Of a DNA stretch of 24,000 nucleotides, positions 1 through 7,192 are shown piece by piece; the first letter of the stretch is position 1, and each line of letters starts with the position of its first letter. The notes under the pieces are model-generated. The model had not been told where the DNA came from, searched no databases, and worked only from the letters and a program-made list of their open reading frames with translations. This DNA comes from an uncultured Oscillospiraceae bacterium (GTDB taxonomy: Bacteria > Bacillota > Clostridia > Oscillospirales > Oscillospiraceae), in NCBI GenBank assembly GCA_934512135.1, contig CAKSWT010000008.1, forward strand, positions 1,415-25,414, given 5' to 3'. The position numbers and the translations under genes were made by a program.

Positions 1-334
1 ATGCCATCAGTATGAAACTCACGGCAAGGACCATGACAATGGAGTTTCCCACACTTGCTTTTGCGGTATCCTCCTCGCCACGGCCTAGACTGATGCTGAC
101 AAAAGCGCAGCAGCCATCTCCAATCATAACCGCTAGAGCCAGCGCCACTACCGTGAGCGGAAAAACCACGGTGTTGGCGGCATTGCCAAAGGAGCCGAGA
201 TAGCTGGCGTTGGCGATAAAAATCTGATCTACAATGTTGTACAGCGCACCGACCAGCAGAGAAATAATACAGGGAACCGCATATTGCAGCATCAGCCGGC
301 CAATCCGTTCCATTCCCAGCGTTTGATGTTCCAT
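1..334 (-). CDS. MATE family efflux transporter, N-terminal part (gene continues beyond window start)
   Basis: Absent from the ORF track because it runs off the window. My reverse-complement translation from the ATG (332-334 on +) gives MEHQTLGMERIGRLMLQYAVPCIISLLVGALYNIVDQIFIANASYLGSFGNAANTVVFPLTVVALALAVMIGDGCCAFVSISLGRGEEDTAKASVGNSIVMVLAVSFILMA, with no stop down to position 1. AGGAGG (345-350 on +) lies 10 nt upstream. The hydrophobic N-terminus with the LYNIVDQIFI motif is typical of MATE/NorM-like proteins. Confidence 0.8.
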   Translation of the reverse strand, partial: MEHQTLGMERIGRLMLQYAVPCIISLLVGALYNIVDQIFIANASYLGSFGNAANTVVFPLTVVALALAVMIGDGCCAFVSISLGRGEEDTAKASVGNSIVMVLAVSFILMA

Positions 335-358
335 TGGATAAAATCCTCCTGTTCATAG

Positions 359-407
359 AAAAAACGTGTAGCATCTGCCAACCGGAATTACGCAGATGCT
401 ACACGTT
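359..407 (-). terminator. Perfect 16-bp stem-loop plus T6 tract (intrinsic-terminator shape) in the MATE gene leader
   Basis: Minus strand reads AACGTGTAGCATCTGC-gtaattccggttg-GCAGATGCTACACGTT followed by TTTTTT, then CTATGAACAGGAGG...ATG. Arms are at 363-378 and 392-407, with a 13-nt loop. The A-run is 359-364 on +, and its last two bases overlap the stem. Confidence 0.6.
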
Positions 408-417
408 GATGCCGCTA

Positions 418-446
418 ATCATACAAGATTTTATCGAGATTTGCAA
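418..446 (-). promoter_or_regulatory. Putative sigma-A promoter for the MATE gene (-35 TTGCAA, 17 nt, -10 TATGAT)
   Basis: Minus strand: TTGCAA (441-446), a 17-nt spacer, TATGAT (418-423). It lies upstream of the 16-bp hairpin and downstream of the livF hairpin. Confidence 0.4.
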
Positions 447-490
447 AGGACATTTTCACCAAAAATTTCTTCATGCGTTAGACAAACTGT

Positions 491-518
491 ATGGCGCAGC
501 CAAGGGTGGCTGCACCAT
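491..518 (-). terminator. Stem-loop just after the livF stop (candidate liv operon terminator, weak T tail)
   Basis: Minus strand: ATGGTGCAGCCA-CCCT-TGGCTGCGCCAT, a 12-bp stem with one G.U pair. It starts 5 nt after the livF TAA and is followed by ACAGTTTGTCT, which is only moderately T-rich. Confidence 0.4.
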
Positions 519-523
519 GGGGA

Positions 524-1231
524 TTACTGTTTGGATTTGCCCAGGTACAACTCCTTGACCTGTTCGTTGGCCAGTAGCTCCGCTCCGGTGCCCTGAAGGG
601 AGATGCGGCCGGTTTCCATGACGTAGCCGTAGCTGGCCACCTTCAGGGCCATATTGGCGTTTTGCTCGTTCAGAAGCACTGTAGTGCCCTGTTTGTTGAT
701 CTCTTGAATAATGGAGAAGATGCTCTGGACAATGATGGGGGCCAGGCCAAGAGAGGGCTCATCCATCATAATAATTTTTGGCTTGGACATCAGCGCCCGG
801 CCAACGGCCAGCATCTGCTGTTCGCCACCGGAAAGGGTGCCGGCGGCCTGCCAGGAACGCTCCTTCAGCCGGGGAAACAGGGCATACACCCGTTCAATAT
901 CATCCTTGAGACTGTCCTTGCGCATATAACCGCCGATTTTCAGGTTCTCCAAAACGGTCATATCCGGGAACACATGACGGCCCTCGGGAACCAGCGTGAT
1001 GCCCTTGGACACGATGTCGGTGGTGCTTTGGCCCAGCAGTTCCTCTCCATCTAAGGTGATGGAGCCGCTTTTGGCCTGGACCAGACCCACAATGGAGCGA
1101 AGGGTGGTGGACTTGCCTGCGCCGTTGGCACCGACCAGCGTAATGATACTTCCGTCCGGAACGTCCAGGGAAATGCCCTTGACGGCCTCAATGCCGCCAT
1201 AGTTTACATAGAGATTGTCAATTTTAAGCAT
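524..1231 (-). CDS. livF: Branched-chain amino acid ABC transporter ATP-binding protein LivF
   Basis: 235 aa. Walker A GANGAGKST, signature LSGGEQQML, Walker B IIMMDEPSLGLAP. Typical LivF length and N-terminus (MLKIDNLYVNYGGIEAVKGISL). 8-nt overlap with the livG stop. Confidence 0.93.
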   Translation of the reverse strand: MLKIDNLYVNYGGIEAVKGISLDVPDGSIITLVGANGAGKSTTLRSIVGLVQAKSGSITLDGEELLGQSTTDIVSKGITLVPEGRHVFPDMTVLENLKIGGYMRKDSLKDDIERVYALFPRLKERSWQAAGTLSGGEQQMLAVGRALMSKPKIIMMDEPSLGLAPIIVQSIFSIIQEINKQGTTVLLNEQNANMALKVASYGYVMETGRISLQGTGAELLANEQVKELYLGKSKQ

Positions 1232-2066
1232 CGCTGCTCACCCCCAAGTATGCGTCAATGACCCGCTGGTTGCGCTGTACCTCGGCAGGTGTGCCGGAGG
1301 CAATGAGCTTGCCGAAATCCAAGACATAAATGCGGTCGGAGATCTGCATGACCAGGTCCATGTGGTGCTCGATCATAAAAATGGTGAGATCATATTTGTC
1401 CCGAATTTCCAGAATAAAATCGGTGAGCTCCTGGGTCTCCTGGGGGTTCATGCCTGCGGCGGGCTCATCCAGCAGCAGCAGCTTCGGATTGGTAGCCAGG
1501 GCCCGGGCAATTTCCAGGCGGCGCTGGAGTCCATAGGGGAGGGAACCGGCGATCTCATCCTTCAGGTGCAGAAGATTTTGCTCCTCCAGCAGGGCGGCGG
1601 TTTCCTCCCGCATCCGCTTTTCTTCGCTGTAGCTCAGGCGGAAGGTGGAGGTGAACCAGTTGTGCTTGGCACGCATGTGCTTGGCAATCAGCACATTGTC
1701 AAAGACCGTGAGCTGGGAAAACAGACGGATATTCTGGAAGGTACGGGCGACGCCCAGTTTTGTAATTTTATCCGGGGTGGGACTGAGAATGTGGGTATAT
1801 TCTCCCAGGTGCTCGCCGGAATACAGCCTCTTCATTTTGCCCTGGGGGTGGTTTTCCACCATGGGCTTACCCTGGAAGGACACCAGGCCGTTGGTGGGCT
1901 CGTAGACGCCGGTAATGCAGTTGAAGGCAGTGGTTTTGCCAGCGCCGTTGGGGCCAATGAGCGCCACGATCTCGCCCTGATTTACATCCAGACTCAGACC
2001 GTTCACCGCCACCACGCCACCGAACTGCATGGTGACGTTTTCCACATGCAGAACGTTCTCACTCAT
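1224..2066 (-). CDS. livG: Branched-chain amino acid ABC transporter ATP-binding protein LivG
   Basis: 280 aa. Walker A GPNGAGKTT, signature LPYGLQRRLEIARAL, Walker B LLLLDEPAAGMNP. A LivG-type insertion lies between Walker A and the signature. AAGGAGGTGG RBS; ATGA overlap with the livM stop. Confidence 0.93.
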   Translation of the reverse strand: MSENVLHVENVTMQFGGVVAVNGLSLDVNQGEIVALIGPNGAGKTTAFNCITGVYEPTNGLVSFQGKPMVENHPQGKMKRLYSGEHLGEYTHILSPTPDKITKLGVARTFQNIRLFSQLTVFDNVLIAKHMRAKHNWFTSTFRLSYSEEKRMREETAALLEEQNLLHLKDEIAGSLPYGLQRRLEIARALATNPKLLLLDEPAAGMNPQETQELTDFILEIRDKYDLTIFMIEHHMDLVMQISDRIYVLDFGKLIASGTPAEVQRNQRVIDAYLGVSSDA

Positions 2067-3307
2067 TTCGCCACCTCCTTGCTTGCGGTTTTTTGACGCT
2101 TCCGAAACAGCTCAGGAAGCTCCTTGGTGCCCATGATGCCCCGGCGGAAGAACAGCACCACAATCATAATAATCACAGAGAATACCACCATGCGGAAGCC
2201 GTTCCGCAGCAGAGGCACCTTCGTCTGACCGGTGGCTGCAAAATAGATGAGCCAAATCAGGACCAGACCGCTGACTCCCGCCCCGATGCCATAGGGCAGA
2301 CGCGCTTTGGCCTTGGGCTTCACCAGCCGGAACACCATCATGGCCAGCAGAATTGCAAAGATCACCGCCATAACGACCACAAACTGAGTGCGGCCTGCGG
2401 TGGAGAGGATGGTCTCCTGATCCAGGAAACGCAGCCACCACTCGCTGCAGGCGATGTACAGGAAGGACGCCAGGATACTGCCGGAAATGGAGCCGATGCC
2501 GCCGATGACCACAATCAAAAGAATCTCATAGGTCATGGCCGACTTAAAGATGGCAGCCTGAACAGAGGTCTGGTACATGGCCAGCAGGGCGCCGCCGATT
2601 CCGGCAAAAAACGAGGAGATGCAGAAGGAGAGCATCTTGTGCCGGGTCAGGTTGATGCCCATGGCCTCGGCGGCGATTTCATCCTCCCGAATGGCCTTAA
2701 AGGCCCGGCCATAGGAGGAGTTAATCAGCAGCAGAATCACAGCCACACAAATACCAACCACCAGGAAGTAGGAGATGGTGGACTGAAATACCGGGAATTT
2801 CCGAAGGAGGTTGGAGCCGTTGGTAACAGGGCCCAGGACGTTCCACTGGAAAACTGCCCGGATAATCTCCGCAAAGCCCAATGTGGCAATGGCCAGATAA
2901 TCGCTCTTTAGGCGGAGCACCGGGAGACCGATGAGAAAGGCAAAGGCGGCAGCCACAAGGCCAGCCAGAACCAGCGCCAGGGGAACGGGAAGCGTGAACT
3001 GAATTACGCCGCCGTCAAAGTACTGATACACAGAAGCCCGGTCGGCCACGGGAATGGTGAAGATGCCGTAGGTATATGCGCCCAGGAGCATAAAGCCTGC
3101 CTGGCCCAGAGAGAACAAGCCGGTGAATCCGTTAAGCAGGTTCATAGAAACTGCAATCAGCGCATAAATGGAGCCTTTTTTCAGAACCATAAATAGCATA
3201 TTCCAGGAGGGAGGCGCCAGCTTCTCGGCAATCCCCACAAAGAGGAACACGGCAAGGACGATACAGGCGGTAATCAGTGTGCCGCGTTTGTTTTCAAATT
3301 TTTTCAT
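2063..3307 (-). CDS. livM: Branched-chain amino acid ABC transporter permease LivM
   Basis: Polytopic membrane protein with LivM-like motifs (GQAGFMLLGAYT). The track start at 3319 is a TTG. The ATG at 3307 (MKKFENK...) has GAGG 6 nt upstream and follows the livH TGA (3316-3318), so I prefer 3307. Confidence 0.9.
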   Translation of the reverse strand: MKKFENKRGTLITACIVLAVFLFVGIAEKLAPPSWNMLFMVLKKGSIYALIAVSMNLLNGFTGLFSLGQAGFMLLGAYTYGIFTIPVADRASVYQYFDGGVIQFTLPVPLALVLAGLVAAAFAFLIGLPVLRLKSDYLAIATLGFAEIIRAVFQWNVLGPVTNGSNLLRKFPVFQSTISYFLVVGICVAVILLLINSSYGRAFKAIREDEIAAEAMGINLTRHKMLSFCISSFFAGIGGALLAMYQTSVQAAIFKSAMTYEILLIVVIGGIGSISGSILASFLYIACSEWWLRFLDQETILSTAGRTQFVVVMAVIFAILLAMMVFRLVKPKAKARLPYGIGAGVSGLVLIWLIYFAATGQTKVPLLRNGFRMVVFSVIIMIVVLFFRRGIMGTKELPELFRKRQKTASKEVAK

Positions 3308-3315
3308 GGCGCACC

Positions 3316-4230
3316 TCAAACTTTCTCTGTGGCTTTTTCACCGAACAGGCCGGTGGGCTTAACCACGAGGATGATAATCAGCAGCGCAAAGGTCACGGCG
3401 TCGGAGAAGGTCGCCAGCCCCAGGTTCAGGTTGATCCCTGCCATGGCCAGCATCGCCTCCAGACCCTTGACGATGTTTTCACAGATGCCGATGATGAATG
3501 CGCCAATCACAGCGCCGGGAATAGAGCCGATGCCCCCAAACACCGCAGCTACAAAGGCCTTCAGACCGGGCATGGCGCCGGAGGTATAGGTGACGGCGGT
3601 GTAGTTGGTGAAGTAGAGCACAGAGCCGATGGCGGCCAGGAAGGAGCCGATGACGAAGGTGGCGCTGATGACGGCGTTGATTTTGATGCCCATCAGCTGA
3701 GCCGTGTCATAATCCTTTGCCACAGCCCGCATGGCCATGCCAATCTTTGTGTGGTTGATGAGCATAACCAGGCCAAAGACCAGGGCAATCACCAGGAAGG
3801 GGGTCACCAGGGTGACAACCTTTGTGGTGGCGGGGCCGATGCTCACGGAGTTGGAGATGCCGGGAATGGTGGGATACTGCTGAGCCAGTCCGCCGGTGAT
3901 ATAGGCGGCCAGGTTTTGCAGCAGATAGCTCACGCCGATGGCGGAGATCATAATAGACATCCGGGGGGCGGAGCGCAGGGGCTTGTAGGCCACCCGCTCA
4001 ATGGCAAAGCCGATGATGACCGTTAAAATCAGCATCAGCGGCATGGAAATATACAGGGGAAGGGTGGTACTGAGATAGACCATCATGACACCGGCCACCA
4101 TAAACACGTCGCCGTGGGCGAAGTTGATGAGCCGAAGAATGCCGTAGACCATGGTATAGCCAATCGCAATCAGCGCGTACTGGCCGCCTACGGAGATTCC
4201 CGACAGCAGGTAGGGAAGAACGACACTCAT
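3316..4230 (-). CDS. livH: Branched-chain amino acid ABC transporter permease LivH
   Basis: 304 aa. N-terminus LLSGISVGGQYALIAIGYTMVYGILRLINFAHGD is the canonical LivH signature. AGGAGG RBS upstream of the ATG at 4230. Confidence 0.93.
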   Translation of the reverse strand: MSVVLPYLLSGISVGGQYALIAIGYTMVYGILRLINFAHGDVFMVAGVMMVYLSTTLPLYISMPLMLILTVIIGFAIERVAYKPLRSAPRMSIMISAIGVSYLLQNLAAYITGGLAQQYPTIPGISNSVSIGPATTKVVTLVTPFLVIALVFGLVMLINHTKIGMAMRAVAKDYDTAQLMGIKINAVISATFVIGSFLAAIGSVLYFTNYTAVTYTSGAMPGLKAFVAAVFGGIGSIPGAVIGAFIIGICENIVKGLEAMLAMAGINLNLGLATFSDAVTFALLIIILVVKPTGLFGEKATEKV

Positions 4231-4328
4231 GGATAAACCTCCTAAATGATAGATTTGAGCTGTCTCGAAAGAGACCAGTATGGGCTAGGTTCCTTTCGAG
4301 GCAGCCCAAAGTGAGAGCATCGGGAAAG

Positions 4329-4352
4329 CCGGAGACCCTGTAGGGTCTCCGG
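4329..4352 (-). other. Intercistronic GC-rich stem-loop between livJ and livH
   Basis: CCGGAGACCC-tgta-GGGTCTCCGG, a 10-bp perfect stem located 22 nt after the livJ stop. On the minus strand it is followed by CTTTCCCG, so there is no real U tract. It looks like an mRNA-stabilising or partial-terminator hairpin, as seen after binding-protein genes in ABC operons. A second small pairing, CTCGAAAG (4265-4272) with CTTTCGAG (4293-4300), is also present. Confidence 0.5.
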
Positions 4353-4374
4353 TTGGTATTGTGATTATGGGTGC

Positions 4375-5607
4375 TTATTCGACGCCCTGCTCACGAACCA
4401 GATCCCATGCAGCAGTTTCGGTGTTGCACTTTTTGATGAAAGCGGTGGTACGGTTGGCATCGCCGGTCTCGTTAAAGGAGATCTCGCCGGTTACGCCGGT
4501 GTACTTCACAGAGGGGAGGGCAGCCTTCACGGCGGCGGGGTCGGTAGAGCCGGCAGACTTCAGGGCCTCCAGAGCCACGAAGTAAGCGTCATAGCCCATG
4601 GCGGACACGGCAGCCAGCTGATCGTTGCCGCCGTTGTTGGCGAGGGCTGTGGCATCGGAGTTGATGTACTCCTTGATGCCCTTATCGAAGTCGGGGTTGC
4701 CGCCCTCCTGATAGAAGGTGGTCACATAGATTTCAACATTGGTGCCCTTCGCGGCGTTGGCAACCACGTTGGAGTCCCAGGTGTCGCTGGCCAGCAGGGG
4801 AATGCCCAGGCCCTGGACGTTTGCCTGCTCCACAATGTTTGCGGCGGCCTCAATGGAAACCGGGGCAAAGAACACGTCGCAGCCCTGGCTCTTGGCGTTA
4901 GTGACGTAGGAGGTGAAGTCGGAGTTGCCCTCGGGGAAGGTCTCATAGACCACTTCGCCGCCCAGCTTCTCAAAGGCCTCAATGAAGTAGTTGCAGACGC
5001 CCACGGAGTAGTCGTCGCCGAGCTTAGCCAGGCAGTAGGCCTTCTTGGCCTTCAGATCGCCGTTGGCGAAGTTGGCCAGGACGGTGCCCTGGAAGGGATC
5101 CAGGAAGCAAATACGGAAATAGTGGTCGTTGCCTTCGGTAACCTGGGGGTTGGTGCAGGTGACGCCGATGGCGGCAACGCCACCGTTTTTGAACACGTCA
5201 GAAGCGGCAATGGCAACAGCGGAACCATAGGAGCCCAGAACCACGGATACACCGTCGGACACCAGCTGCTGGGCAGCGGAGGGACCCTTATCGGTGGAGG
5301 ACTGGTTGTCCACGATCTCCAGCTGGACGGTGTAGGTCTCGCCGCCGATCTCTACGGTGGGCTGAACCTTGTTGGCATACTGAATGCCCAGAGTCTCCTG
5401 CTTGCCGCCGGCGCCGTTGTCGCCGGAAGCGGGCTCATAGACACCAATTTTTACGACCTTGCCATCGGTGGCGGCCTGAGTTGCGGCAGCGGCATCTGTG
5501 CCAGAGGCAGCCGCGGAACCGGCGGCTTCTGTGCCGCAGCCCGCAAAGGCGGTGACCATCATGGCCGAGGCCAGGAGCATTGCCAGAACTTTTTTGGAAG
5601 TTTTCAT
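4375..5607 (-). CDS. livJ: Branched-chain amino acid ABC transporter substrate-binding lipoprotein (LivJ/LivK/BraC family)
   Basis: 410 aa. Signal peptide with a lipobox (MKTSKKVLAMLLASAMMVTAFAGC), then an Ala/Thr-rich linker. The body resembles type I periplasmic binding proteins of the Leu/Ile/Val family. First gene of the liv operon. GAAGGAG RBS. Confidence 0.9.
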   Translation of the reverse strand: MKTSKKVLAMLLASAMMVTAFAGCGTEAAGSAAASGTDAAAATQAATDGKVVKIGVYEPASGDNGAGGKQETLGIQYANKVQPTVEIGGETYTVQLEIVDNQSSTDKGPSAAQQLVSDGVSVVLGSYGSAVAIAASDVFKNGGVAAIGVTCTNPQVTEGNDHYFRICFLDPFQGTVLANFANGDLKAKKAYCLAKLGDDYSVGVCNYFIEAFEKLGGEVVYETFPEGNSDFTSYVTNAKSQGCDVFFAPVSIEAAANIVEQANVQGLGIPLLASDTWDSNVVANAAKGTNVEIYVTTFYQEGGNPDFDKGIKEYINSDATALANNGGNDQLAAVSAMGYDAYFVALEALKSAGSTDPAAVKAALPSVKYTGVTGEISFNETGDANRTTAFIKKCNTETAAWDLVREQGVE

Positions 5608-5672
5608 GGAATACTTTACTCCTTCACATGTTATTTCCGCTGGATGAAATCCTGCAGATTTTTGATGTGAAC

Positions 5673-5702
5673 ATTATACCGCAGTCAACTTGCAAAAATC
5701 AA
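5673..5702 (-). promoter_or_regulatory. Putative sigma-A promoter of the liv operon (-35 TTGATT, 18 nt, -10 TATAAT)
   Basis: Minus strand: TTGATT (5697-5702), an 18-nt spacer, TATAAT (5673-5678). It lies about 65 nt upstream of the livJ ATG inside an AT-rich 330-bp intergenic region. Confidence 0.5.
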
Positions 5703-5849
5703 CTGTTTTTTTTGGGTCAATCCGGCAAAACCCGAAAGAAAGTGAATTTGCATGACTTTATTCTTGCGTGTTTTCTGGCGGGAAACAATCACATGGACAA
5801 ATGTACGCCGCAGAAATACATGCATGAAATATGAAAAAAGCACCCCTAA

Positions 5850-5864
5850 AAATTCATGAAAATT
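5850..5864. promoter_or_regulatory. CodY-box-like palindromic element (12/15 match to AATTTTCWGAAAATT)
   Basis: AAATTCATGAAAATT on +. The minus strand reads AATTTTCATGAATTT (5864 down to 5850), and the flanking bases extend the AT-rich dyad. It is located about 170 bp upstream of the predicted liv -10, so relevance is uncertain. Confidence 0.2.
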
Positions 5865-5938
5865 CACCATGGCCGCCCAGAGAAAGAAACCATCGAGAAT
5901 GGGGGGCATTTGCAGGATGCCATGCAGAAGGGACGTTT

Positions 5939-7138
5939 CTACGGGGAGGGAAGGTCCACAAGCATTTGAACACGGTTATAAAAGCTGGACCGGGACCCGC
6001 TGGCATCCACATCAACGGTGACGATTTTTCCCTGGGGGAGCCTTCGACCCAGGCCGGGGTAGTATCCCTTTCCACAGACGTGGCCGGGCAGACAGCCGAA
6101 GGGGTGGATGGCCAAAACCTTTGGACAGCCGTGATGGACCATAGATACAGCCTCCGCCCCCAACAGCCATCCGTCTCCTACGGTAATCCCCATGGGAACG
6201 TAGGGGGCGGCCTCCTGCTTCATCACGCTGAAATCTGGCGCGGCATGGAAGCGGAATTGGCGCAGCGCATCCAGCATGTCCCGTTGGAGCGCCAGAAGCA
6301 GGCGGCTCAGACCGGAATAGAGGACCCGGGAGGGGCCGGCTTCCGGCCGGTGGGAATCCAGGTAGTATTGCACATACCAGCTCAGCCCGTCTACATAGGC
6401 CTCGCAGTGGCAGGATTCCAGATAGGAAAGCACGCTCCAGTTGCCCAGGTGGCAGTACTTGGTGTAGACATCGCCGATGATGCCGATTCGCTGTTTGGGG
6501 ACACCGGAGCGGGGGAGTGCGGTAAAGGATTGGGCTATGCGCAGGAAGTTCTGACGCATGTGACGAAGGGTCAGGTGGGAGCCGGATTGAAGATCCTGCC
6601 CCAAGGTCTGAAACCACTGCTGGCGGAGGGCTTCTGCGGCTCCGGGGACGGCTTCATAGGGGCGGGTTTGATTGCACAATAGCATCAGAATATCCCCATA
6701 ATACATGGCAAACAGCGCTCGCCAGACCATGGACAGGTGAATGGGAACGCAGTGCCCCCGGTCCAATCCCTTGACATTCATGGACAGCACCGGAACCTGA
6801 GAAAATCCTGCGGCATGCACGGCTTTCCGCAGGGCGCTGATGTAGTTGGAGCCTCGGCAGGCGTCTCCCAGCGTAGGCATCAGCAGACAGGTGCGGGATA
6901 GTGGATAATCTCCGGAGCCAAGTGCCCCAAGAAGCTGGCCCACATTCAAGATACAGGGATAGCACATATCGTTGTTGACGTATTTCAGGCCAAGGTCGGT
7001 GATTTGGGCCTCGTTGGACAGAATCACAGGGTGAAAGGCGCTGGAATACAGGGCATATTGAAGCAGGGGGAAATGGTCGTCCAGCATGGCGGGCACCAGT
7101 AACAGACGGGCCCCCGGGGAATAGTCAATGGGACGCAT
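5939..7138 (-). CDS. 2-hydroxyacyl-CoA dehydratase (HgdB/D-component-like) family protein, stand-alone; function unknown
   Basis: 399 aa, Cys-rich. The segment GLKYVNNDMCYPCILNVGQLLGALGSGDYPL...GDACRGSNYISALRKAVHAAGFSQVPVLSMNV matches my recollection of the dehydratase-like module found C-terminal to BcrAD/BadFG-type activase domains in large 'CoA-substrate-specific enzyme activase' proteins. HPFGCLPGHVCGKG lies near the C-terminus. GGAGGTG RBS 5 nt from the ATG at 7138. Confidence 0.7.
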   Translation of the reverse strand: MRPIDYSPGARLLLVPAMLDDHFPLLQYALYSSAFHPVILSNEAQITDLGLKYVNNDMCYPCILNVGQLLGALGSGDYPLSRTCLLMPTLGDACRGSNYISALRKAVHAAGFSQVPVLSMNVKGLDRGHCVPIHLSMVWRALFAMYYGDILMLLCNQTRPYEAVPGAAEALRQQWFQTLGQDLQSGSHLTLRHMRQNFLRIAQSFTALPRSGVPKQRIGIIGDVYTKYCHLGNWSVLSYLESCHCEAYVDGLSWYVQYYLDSHRPEAGPSRVLYSGLSRLLLALQRDMLDALRQFRFHAAPDFSVMKQEAAPYVPMGITVGDGWLLGAEAVSMVHHGCPKVLAIHPFGCLPGHVCGKGYYPGLGRRLPQGKIVTVDVDASGSRSSFYNRVQMLVDLPSP

Positions 7139-7150
7139 GGATCCACCTCC

Positions 7151-7186
7151 AAAAAGCCGCAGGACAGCTGTGGCGCTGCCCTGCGG
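7151..7186 (-). terminator. Intrinsic terminator after the AEC transporter gene, with its T tract abutting the next RBS
   Basis: Minus strand: CCGCAGGGCAGC-gccaca-GCTGTCCTGCGG, a 12-bp stem with one G.U pair, followed by CTTTTT. That tract runs directly into GGAGGTGgatccATG of the dehydratase-like gene. Confidence 0.65.
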
Positions 7187-7192
7187 TGGTAC

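Noticed and set aside
5685-5909. 74-aa hydrophobic-looking minus-strand ORF (MPPILDGFFLWAAMVNF...) in the liv upstream region.
   Set aside because: - There is no SD upstream of its ATG.
- Its composition reflects AT-rich intergenic DNA.
- It spans the CodY-like dyad and runs into the liv promoter -35.
- It is probably non-coding, though a small membrane peptide cannot be formally excluded without conservation data.
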